From Somniosus microcephalus (lineage: Eukaryota), in NCBI GenBank assembly GCA_052327205.1, contig CM126206.1, positions 72,230,001 through 72,294,000 of the forward strand: a DNA stretch of 64,000 bases. Direction: 5' to 3'. The position numbers were made by a program, and so were the translations under genes. The notes beneath the pieces are model-generated. The model did no database searches. It was not told the DNA's origin and saw nothing but the letters and a program-made list of their open reading frames with translations. Shown one piece after another: positions 9,926 to 21,300 of this stretch (positions within the stretch are counted from its first letter, which is position 1; every line of letters starts with the position of its first letter).

Positions 9926-12900
9926 CCAGTTCCAGAGTCTGGGTTCTTCTTTAATTATTGTTACTTTGTTCGTAAGTGTTCAGAGTGTGAGGTTGCAACT
10001 CTGGAGATCTCAAATGTATTTTTTTCAGTGGTTACTGAAGAAACCTTATGTCACGAACCGAGAAATACTCGGTGTAGGAAGTGTTCGCATTGTCCTGCGT
10101 GCAGCCAGCCTGTGCTTTATTTTAGTGTTGTGTTCTCGGCCAGTGTTGTCGATTGTACATGTGCAATGCCACATTTTCAGCTGAAAAAGTGATTGGTTAT
10201 GCAAATATTCTACAGTACAATATTACGTTTTCATCTGAAAATGGACTAGGTATGCAGATTTTTGTACAATCTGTTAAGCATGATCTCTTGGGACGAAAAA
10301 CATTTATATTAAGAATACCGAATAAAACACGAATTAAATTACTGTGAACGGCAAACATATTCACGTCTTGGAAAGGTTAAAGCGGAAATAGTTGGTTGAA
10401 GTGGCAGCAAATTGCGAACGGTAGCTGTGCCTCAGTATTTTGGGGATCGTTCTCAATACAAGCGCCTTTGCTCTACATAATGTGGTTAGCAGCTGGTGAT
10501 TTGACTTTTGATTACAGACCATTTCGAGAAATCGTTTTTAGTCTATGTAAAAAAGCAAATAAATCTTGACTGTCGGCCCTATCCAGACAATATTCATTCG
10601 TGTCCTTTTATATGTTTGTTCATAAAGCAGTGAACACCACGCAAGTGAAAACCAAGAGTACGATCTTAACCATATTTGCAGAACAAACATGTTCGTTATT
10701 TTTATGTATGCAACTATATCGGTTTAAAGAATAGTTCGCCAAGACTAATCCGTGTTACAATATGTTTACGCTACTTGCACGTCTATATTCTAAAATATTA
10801 AAAATGTCATGTTCTGCTTCTTGAAAAGGACTAACCAGCTATGTTGAAAAGCAGCAGCTGAAGTTACAAATTCTGTTCATTTACCGCCTGAGTTTAACAG
10901 TTAGTCACGTCGATGAGTACGTTAAAAATATTCGTAATATAGACACAACCTGGTTTACATGTATTTCATTTCGAATCCCCTTTTTAATGATCGCGTGTTT
11001 TGCAAGAATATTTTAAAAGCTTATTTGGATGCTTCCATTCTCTCCAGCTTGTCTTACTATTCAGATTTGTTGTTCTCCGCTTACACGAACATGTGTCTTA
11101 GCTCGTGATTCGATTGCATTCAGTCACATTTCCATCTATACTGATAGCTAAGGACGCCTCCATTATCCACTGTTGAGAAAGGTTTCTCGAGGTTCAAATG
11201 AATCTTTGTTAAATGTATTCTTCAATTAATTTGTATACTCATGTACGTATCTACTTCTATCCTCGCAAAGTAAGACTTTGAGAAAAAAATTAAATGAATA
11301 CTGTACTTAAATTACACTATGTGATTTTTAAGCTACATATTTAAAGCTGCATTATCTTCCAAACGTTGTGGATTCTGCAGTGCTCAGGATGGTTGCACCT
11401 GAATGTAAAACAAGTGTTAGAACCGCTCTCTAACGCTGTATTTGTCTCCGATACTGATGACGCATGCGCAAACGAAGCGCACACGATGCGCAGTTGCTAG
11501 CTTCATGAAGAGCGATTAAGTTTAGTTTCATTCCTTTTTTGCCGATTTAAATACCGTTTGTCAAGCTTTTCCAAATAGATTAAAGTCATTCCATAACAAG
11601 TTACGCAAAAATCCTTGAAAAAATAACTTACCTTTAAAATGTGAGGGTTACTACATAATAAACTAGTGTGAGTAACGATAGCAAAATACTGCAGATGTTG
11701 GAAATCCGAAATAACAACAGTGTGAGTAACCATGTTTCCCAAGTGCTGTGTGGGGAAAGTGAAACTGTGAAACCAGTTTACTCATTCCAGCGGCCCTGAC
11801 TGACTTAATCCGTTACTGGGGTAATTACGCCCATCGACCGGCATTTCAAGGCCCGCCTCTATTATTTAGACGTCACGGCCTTGGAGCTGCTGAAATGCAT
11901 CTCATTGACCCGGCTCCAGGCTGTCAATCAAGTACTTCTGTCGTCATGAAATGGCTGTTTAAGGAGGTCCGATGAATTTTTTGGGATAGGTGTACTGCAT
12001 TCTGTAAATGGTTCAATTGAATTATTAGTTACGCGTTATTAAATATTTTATAATAGTAACTGCTACATAAAGTTCGAATTATTTTAAATATTACATTTAC
12101 TCAGATTATAATAGTAAAAATGTAAGTATGATGCCAGTTACAAGGCGAAATCGGTTAGTAATTTCGAGATTTGTCTATTTTTGAAAATGAAACTGTTGCC
12201 ATTGAACTGACGAAGCGCCAGTGATGTTTTAATATTCACACTGAAACTATTTTGAACTTTCTCAAGGGCATTTAAGCAGCCCATTTGTCATCATATTGTC
12301 ATTTCCCGTTAAACAGTGTTAAGAATGAATGCTTAGGCATTGACGAGGTGTGATATGTTTGAGGTTGGTGAGTGCTTAATTGTAATTTTTCACATATTCG
12401 GTCCAGTCAACATTGTTGCCTAGTATTGATACTAGCCTATTGAACAAGAAAGTTTGCCAGCCTCATGTACCACAACTGTTGACTACATATGCGTCCAGTC
12501 TAATAAAAGCTGGAGAGACCATGGCGATAGTCAGTTTAATGATTACCTAATTTTACAGGTCTGAATGGGGCGGCAGGGATCAGCCATAGCAACTAGCACA
12601 TAAACTCATCAGTATATGCAAACAACTGGATTTATTTCACAACCTACTGAGAAATGTAAAATAAAACCATGTGGATTTTCATCTAGACTCTCCATAGCCA
12701 AATTATTTCAACGCAAACCAGCTCAATGTCTCCACTCGAATGTATTATCCTGGGATAAAACTGATAACATTTAGATATTTGTCTGCTGTTGATTTTGTCC
12801 TGAAAGATATTGTATTGGTGAACAGATTTTCGCACTATGAGAAATATTTTTGTTGTCCAATACTAATGTCAGTATCTACTATTTTTTTTAAACCATGAAA

Positions 12901-15900
12901 TTTATTTTAAAGGGATAGCTTTGGATTTATTTTAAACTAGTACATAGTCCTCACTCAATTCCAAATAAATGCAAATATATAAATTCTCGATTTTTAAATA
13001 TCACGCAGTCTGGAACATAACAACAGCCCAGAGGAGTTCATTGTCTCGTATGTACTGAAAATATGACGTTCACGATGAGGCAGTAAGCAGGAAGTCTTCG
13101 TTTTTCCATTAGTTGATATAAAAGGTCGCTTAGTACGTAAGGCGCTGTAGCTGCTGCGTGGACATTTGCAGATCGATGGGTTAAACTCAAAACCACCCCA
13201 CGCGGAAAATATAAAATTAACATCGAAGAAGTAGTTTCATTTCCGTAACTAAACTTTTTTTTTATTCAGTAACGTTACATGTGTCTTTGTTTATTTTGTC
13301 ATCATTAAACGTTTCGCATTCTGCAGATCAAGTTAACTGGCTTAAAACTACTAGGTTATGAAAGGTTCGTCTCGTAATAACATTCCAACCTGTTCCAGGT
13401 TAGATTGTGACGACATGAGTGCATTACTCCAGTTTCTGCTAGCACTGGTTGAGGAGGCAAGGCAAGAAAATTGCGCATGTGCAGGAATTTTCTTTGCCTG
13501 CAATGTACTTTTTTAATGAAAATTATCAAGTATGAGGTGTCATTACAAGTAAATCTTGTTTACAGCTCTGTGTGTTCAAATACCAGAGTGTTTTTCCTTA
13601 TACTTGTACTTTTAACTTCTGTTTCAAAGAGCAGTTGTACAAGGGAAATATCCAGAAAGTGCAGAACAGATACGGTGTTGGAGAGGTGGGGCGGGAGGAG
13701 AGAATGAGCTGCATTGTTTATAACATCGTTCCTCTTTTCCAATGCACCTATTTTTTTGCCTGGTGTATTTTGAAATTGTTTTGATTTATTTTCAGTATCA
13801 AAGAAATGAAAACACTAATTGCACCATCTGTTAATGCCACTTACCTTCAAAATCACGAAATACGGCTGTGCTACATTGGTTGCTGTTAACTCTACGATTT
13901 AAGGTTCGCAGGGACTGTAAACTTTCTTTACCGTTTGGATAAGCAGACAATGATGGTTAGAGAATTGATAAGCAGCTGGTGCCATACTATTCAAAATACC
14001 ATCATCTACAATCACAGCTTTCGGTTAGGTCGTAAATTAAAATGAGTTCGGTTCCAGACCTGTCATTTGGAAGAAGAAATGGACTTAAAGCACCCATTGC
14101 TTATATTCTGCCTCAAGCAGAATACGGATTTTTGGTTTGTTGTTCCGCTTGAAAACATAAAGAAACATTTGTTAAAATTGTAAACGTGTACTTTCAAATT
14201 ACGTAATAAGCTGCAGTAGAAACTATGAAACGAGGTGACATAATCAGAAGGGTCATAGCCTGATGTTTATTAAAACAATATTCAAGTGCTTTTACAACTG
14301 TAGATTGATACAAAAGGTCATTCGAGCTGGTTGGTTGGTCGTTCTGTTCTTTCTCAAGTTGACATTTTTACAGAAATAACGTAATGGAAAGGAGTAGTCC
14401 ATTCACATTTCAGAAATGTAACACTGATGTTATATACGTAATTACATATCTCTGCCATATCAAATATCCCATTGACGACCAGAGCAGAAGGAAAGGCAAT
14501 AACGTCAGACCTATGAAGAACAATGTTTGCACCCCAAATTGATGCATCCAGAAATATTGTATATTTTGTAAGTTTTTTCCCCCCTGAGCCTCATCGACTG
14601 CCTCCTCCCACGCACTGTACAGGAGTCTGGGAGTTGCAGAGTAGAATACTTCTGCTGATGTGCAGTGGAGAAATCAAACTACCGATGAAATGAAGCTGAA
14701 ATCTTTCAAGAACCAATCTCACGTGAATTAAAAGTGACGTTTTTATACCAACGTCTCTCTGTGCACGTTCTTACGTATTTTTGGAGCGCCGCTCTTTTTC
14801 TAAGCTTGTGCGCTGGTTTTCACGTTTCCTTTTCGCCACTAATGTATTAGTGCTGTATTGGTCCTTCCTTTTATAACACCAATCACCCACTTCAATTTAA
14901 ATGCGAATGGGCGAGGTGGAGTTCCACCAGTAAAGTCATTATGTGGTGTTAATGAAGCTGATAGTTTTACTGAATCAATGCTCGGGGTCCGGGGTAGGGA
15001 GGTCAGACCGGAGTACATTGAGAAAATGGTTCTCTCACCGGGGGGCAGCACTGTTTGGGCAGTATGTTAAGCGTAAAAAAATAGTTACTGTCACAACGAT
15101 ACAAAATATAAGCCTTGTTAGCGTCTTTGCATCCGTATTTATTTTTAAACAAGCAATGGATTCCTGGTAATGCGGAAATAATCTTGAACTTGGTTGAAAT
15201 CCAAGTTCTTCTCGTACCTCAGAAAGGCAAAAATAATTCCTGCCTTAGTCCGTATAGAATAGAAATGTTTATTGAATCGGAATGACACATGAGGGTTTTA
15301 TGAATTCGGCTTTCATCCTATAGTGTATTCAAAAAGTTACAATTTATCAGCGAAATGATCTGCTGAGTTAGAGCGAAGTGCGCCCACCGAGTAGCAAACT
15401 GGCACTAGGTACGAGACCAAAGCGAATTTAAGGACTGAAAATTAGCGAATCGCTGTTTTTTTCTCCATATTGTTCATTTGGTCCTTATGGAAAACTACTT
15501 CGAGACAACGTAGACAACCGTACAATTTAATTGGGCAATTTAATTTCATGTCTTAGAAAAATAAAGCAGTGACCATACCTGTACCGGCCCTTTGGGCCGT
15601 ATATTCCCATCGCACATCTAAAGCCGATTAGCACGTTAACTTCCCACGAAGCGCCGGAAGCTGTGATTATCGTTGAATTATTCCAATACAAAATGATGGG
15701 TGTTGAAAATCTCAAAGCGCCAACAGTAAGTCGTGCGATTTTCCGACATAGCGACAACGCGTTGATCAGACCAAGTCACTAATCACGTGATCCATCTTTG
15801 GAGGGGAATACAACCTGTGATATTGAAGGAGAAGCATCTCTCTCGTTTAGCATAATGTGTGCAGTTAAGCAGATCAGGTTAATTGTTTTTAGTTTATCAT

Positions 15901-16159
15901 CGGCTGGTTTCAATTGGTTTAGGCGGTGATATAATTCAATCGCTGGGCTAGAGCGTTACTATTTCGAAAGACCCATGGTAGCCGTGATATCACATGCTTC
16001 CAATTTATACTGGTGGCAATACTGAACGGGAACACTGGCTGTTAAATCACTCGTTTAGTGCAGTAATACTGCATATTTTGAGTCCCTGTGAAGCGATTTG
16101 GGTTTTTCAGTGAGGCGAGATGAGCTGCATATAGTCGTGTCAACATGACTCCGTTAATA

Positions 16160-16660
16160 GCTCTGGCCTCGGAGTCAGAAGGTTGTAGGTTCAAGGCATT
16201 GCCAGAGGTGCCACCCTTCAGGTGACATGTTAAACCACGGTCTTTTCTGTGTTAAGTTTTCCATAGCATTGTTTGAGGAGAGCACGGAGTTCGCCTGGTG
16301 TAAATAAAATGGAAAGTAATACAAACACTGGAAACCCGAAATGAAAACAGAAATGCTGGAAATACACAGTAGATCGATCAGCATATATGAAAAGAAAGCA
16401 GAGGCGAACTGACCTGCTGCGTATTTCCAGCATTTCTAATTTTTATTTATAAAGTCTTTCACTGTTGTGATCAATATTCTTACCTCAGCCAACACCACCA
16501 TGACAACGACAAATTGCTCATTGTTTTTTGCGGGACCTTGCTGTGTTCCCAATGGCTGCCATATTTGCCTACATAACAACAGTCACTGCACTTCAAAGCA
16601 ATTCATTGGACATGAAGCACTTTGGAACTGATAAGGTACTGTATAAATGCAAGTTCTTGC
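16160..16660 (+). mobile_element. Degenerate SacSINE1-like SINE interrupted by a short Penelope-terminus-derived inverted repeat (~16315-16450)
   Basis: gagtcagaaggttgtaggttcaagg head, ttgctgtg..aatggctgcc..acagtcactgcacttcaaag core, tataaatgcaagtt tail, all alignable by eye to 9091-9525. Confidence 0.75.
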
Positions 16661-18271
16661 TTAACTACAACCCAACTGGTATCAGTTGGGAATTTCGATT
16701 GGGTATGAGACCACCTGAGCAGATAATCTCAGATTAGCCTTCTCCCCAAACTGAATAACTGCTGTCACTGCACAATAGAAATAAGGCTGCAGTTAATTTA
16801 CAATGCAAGTATTACAAAAAAGTAGATTTTGATCAAGGTTTTCAATATTTTTGTCCCATCCTGCTTAAGGATGCACGTCAAGAGGAAGGAGGACTGATCC
16901 CTGCGGACGGGATGAGAGCTCCAAGGGTAAGTTGCTCTCATATAAGGGTAAGTTGCTCTCCTTGGGGAGAGACACCTCCCTGGCTCCCCATCTTAGCGCA
17001 AAAGAGCCAATACCTTTATGGCATAATCTATTCAAAGACAGTACAGTAGTGTGTTGTAAAATGCAGCTGGCAACTCGAGTTATATTGTGGTCACAATTCA
17101 TGCTTTGACTGCCAGGAGTGAGCAGCCATGATGTGAAGAGTTCTATTCTCCAGTGGCTGTTTCTTTAATATCAAGAAAGCCCGGGACAGTGTGCACTTTG
17201 CATAAGATTAAAATAACTCAATACTATGTGCATAAATACCTGGAGATCCAACTCTACTACCTCAGCACTTCTTAAATCCGGCCTCACACCGGATTGACGC
17301 CATACTACATGAGCCGTGGAGCTGAAGTCCTGTGAGATCAATTCCAGCAGAGAGTGGGGGAGGGGGGTCTCTCACACCTCTTGGCTTTAGTGCCTGGGTC
17401 AGTCAGACTGGGTTCTGTGTGATATCGCCACTTTGAGGTACATATTCATGTAAAAGTGGGAGTATAACCGCAGTCCGCGTTTCTGAAGTTAAAAAGAACA
17501 CAAAGACAGACAGTTTTCATTTTCTTTTATTAAGATTTCACCGACAGTCGAAGACAATATATAGATGAATCCGAACATCTCCTTCAATCATTTAACGTAC
17601 AGAAGTCATTCCTTAAGCAGTTTTATTTTTTAACGTAATACTTTTAAATGATGCTGGTGGATGAGTGCTCCTGACGTCTTTGATATTCAAAGACAGTAAA
17701 CGATACACTCCAGACTGCATGGTGACGCAATTGAAAAAAATGTAGATTTTGATCAGATTTTTCAATATTTTTGTCCCATCTGTTTAAGGATGTCCGTCAT
17801 GGAGCGGGGTGGGTGGGGGGTGGGGAAGAGAGGACTCCAAGGCAGGGCTTCTTTCCTATCTTCTTTCTTGAGGAGCAGCACCTTCTGGCTCCCCATTACT
17901 CCTATCCTAGTGCAAATCAGCCACGACCGTTATGGTATAATCTATTCAAAGACAGTGACACTGTATGTAAGCCAAACTAGTCGCTGATTCTACTAGCTCC
18001 AATAACTCTGCTAAAGACTTCTACTAAATCCTGAGAGTAGCCTACCATTTATCTCCACTCTAATGTTAAAACAGAAGCTATAACCACATCCAAGCTTTCA
18101 GAGATTTGTCATGTGAATTTGATACAGGTTCACAAACTGCTATCCTCATCTGCACTGAATGAAAAAATGTTACTGTCCCAAAAAGACAGGTGAAAGGAAT
18201 TCTGGTTCTAAGGGTCACCAGTAAAATTTTAAACATGCAAATTCAATATTTTATTTCCAATTTTAAATTGT

Positions 18272-18273
18272 TC

Positions 18274-18311
<38 letters not shown>
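18272..18311. repeat. poly-C followed by (CT)n microsatellite
   Basis: Directly visible. Confidence 0.9.
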
Positions 18312-18314
<3 letters not shown>

Positions 18315-21300
18315 CCCTCCCCCACAACCTGACTAACAGGGCGACAAGCCATCTGCCATTGCTTTACTGGCTAGCCGCCGGATAAAAAGATGCGCTGGGA
18401 GAATAATCACGGCACCATGCACCAGTCCTCTTGTTCTGGGGCCGTGGATCGTCCTGCGTTGGGAATTCGCCTCCAGTGGAATCGTTGACGTGAATTTGTT
18501 ATTTATTTTAACTATCTGCAATATGGTGGGCTTGTATTTTAATGAAAAAGAAAATAATAAAAATTACAAGGTTTCATTCTATACTCAATGCAACCCCTTG
18601 ACACAGTAAATAAACCTAGACTGTTCAACATCTATGAACCCTCACCTACCCAGTCACCGCTAATTCGTGTCTGTCTGTTGCTGCGTAAAATGGATAACTC
18701 AAGTTTGACTAGTTTCCGTGGTTCCTCGATCTATACCATTGTTTCCAATAATTTGTCTTTATAAAGTGGGTGCATGGGTACCAGGTATAGAGCCGCATAA
18801 GGAGGGGTATTCCTCAAATGTCTCTTTTACCGCAGCCCCACCTTCACACACGCCGTTCTATTCTACGTGTACAGTGATTAAAAGACGGGACCAACGTAGC
18901 CAACATATTTTCCGTAACGTCATATTTGTCAGAATGTTTTTGTCCTTAAAATTCATTTTTTACCAGGTAGATTATCTCAGCGATCTATTGCATCACCAAA
19001 GGCTGCCTGTTTTACTTGGTGGTTGGTTAAGCAATGGTGGAAGGCGTTGGTACCAATCCGCAAGCAGTGTGTGTTTAAAACACTCTGACGTCACCCACAA
19101 AAGTCAGGGTTTTGTCATTCATACAAATAGTTCGCAGTCAGCCAATCGGTTTTGCTGATGCAGTAGAAATGGGAAGGAAAATCAATGTTTACATCTGAAC
19201 ACGTTAACTTGTCTTCCCTCCACAGGTGCTGACTGACCTTCAAACATTTTCTGCTTTTCTTTCATTTGCAGTTTTTTTTTATAATTTTGCTTTTTTAATC
19301 AGTATTTCTGCTTATACGTTTCGGCAAAGGCCATCGGTCTTTCAGACAGCGCAAGGTACGGATGGCAAGACGAGGTCAGCTGTGGGCAGGGCGTGCCAGA
19401 ACTATCATTCAGAAGCATTCCTGGCATAGGGTGGCAGGAAATGAAACACGGGGAGAATCCTGGACCGGTGCAGCTTTCTCGACTGCAACTTTACGTGGTG
19501 ATGCAAGTCCTTTTCAGGCGTTAAACCTGACACAAATTCTGCAAGTGAAACTTGATCTTTCTGAGAGGGCCCCAAAAGTAAAATCTCGCAGAGGCTTGAA
19601 AGGCTGATGCTTGAATGCTGACTCTGCATTCGAGTGCTGAAGCACGACAACAAAGCCACCGATACGCTGCGGGTAGCAGAGAGTGAAGGGGTATCAGCCA
19701 CATATACTCACAATTAGTGCCTTTAATCAAGTCTTTAAATTATATGACTACTTTATATGTATAAATAAATCTTTCCTGACATTCCACATAATGAGAATAG
19801 GAAACTTGACAATTTGTTGGCTCAGATGCCAAACCAGGAGCAAAATAAAAAGACTGGAAATGGAAGCTTCACGCGTTGCCAAAAGTTAAACCCTGACGAG
19901 AACTGTTGGAAATGTCGTCTCAACTTTAGTTACGTACAATTGATATAAATGAACTACGTTTAAATTACTTTTATAATATAGCAACGACAAAAATATTCTC
20001 CATGGACATTGTGTATTGTCGAAAGAATGTTTTTTTTCCCACGTTTTATTTTATAAACAAAGCCTGCTATAAATCCCACGGCTCATGTGGTTTATACAAA
20101 CTGCAGGCACCGTCTGAAGTTTACAGCGGGTTTAAGCTACTTTTCTGAACAAAAATAAACGAACAAGGCACACTGCCTGTCACCCAGAGATGTCTGCTAC
20201 TGCTCTTTAAAGAGACCGCACCCAATTAGTCGCCTATGTTGCTGTATATAAAAAGGGAATATATCACAATATTCACACACATTTCATTGTGCTATTTTGC
20301 AATTAAGATAACTCGCGCTTTACAACTATGTAGAAAAATGAAAATGTGAAAAGAATATTTCGCAGAATTAGTGTTTTAAACATGCAGGTAGGTCTTGCGA
20401 ATACTGTTGTATTTGAAAATATTAACATAGCTTTTCATTTGATGCCTATAATAGAATAAGAGGAAAACACTGTAAATGTCCAATATGTATGTTCGGCTGG
20501 GTCTTTACCTCACAAGCTAGTATTTGGCTACATACCACGCTTGTCTGAAGTGTGAAAGCTGGGTTTATTAAATATAAAATCACACTTTTATAAATTATAT
20601 TTTATAAATCATTGTTACTGGATGTATTTTTTCAAACATGGTATCTATGGTATCGATAATCCACGTTATCTGCTCTTTGATTTTCTTAACACACATCTTT
20701 ATGCACCACTGCTCCACTAGGGACAATGAAGGATGCTATGTTTATATACACGGCATAGATTGCAACATGTACTCACTTTTCGAAACTTTTTGGAATTGAC
20801 AAAAAACGACTCGCGAGTGCTACTTGTGAAGCTAATTACTGGATTGGTATGTGTCTGTGAGCTTTATGTTGTGTGTTTATTCTATATAGGTCATGTTGCT
20901 GCGATATTTGAATGGAATTCTTGTCAAAACAATGTCATGTATAACTAAAAGATTTATTACGTGTAATTCATCATTGCATACAAACACCTGTAGCGTCGTA
21001 TTTTTTCCTATATTCACTGTTTCCATCTCTGTTTTAAAGCACATTTAAGTAGAATACATTTCCCCTTATGTTAAAACCTCATTGCTGAATCAAGCATTGT
21101 CATATAATTACAGTGACAATAAGTGATTAATACCCACAAATTCCACTAACCCCCTCCTTTATACGTCAAAAAAATATTTTCTATTACATCAGTGAACTTG
21201 CTCATTGGTGACTTTTCATAAATGATTCAAGCTCGAAAGCCTATACTTTATTTAAGATAAAACAATAGTATGATTACATATAGGTTTTAGGAACAGAACA

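Noticed and set aside
18718-19158. 146-aa plus-strand ORF
   Set aside because: GTG start, no recognisable domain, composition typical of non-coding DNA.
19893-19916. CTGACGA...GAAA as a second hammerhead
   Set aside because: Stem II would need a 1-nt loop and no stem I pairing is evident.
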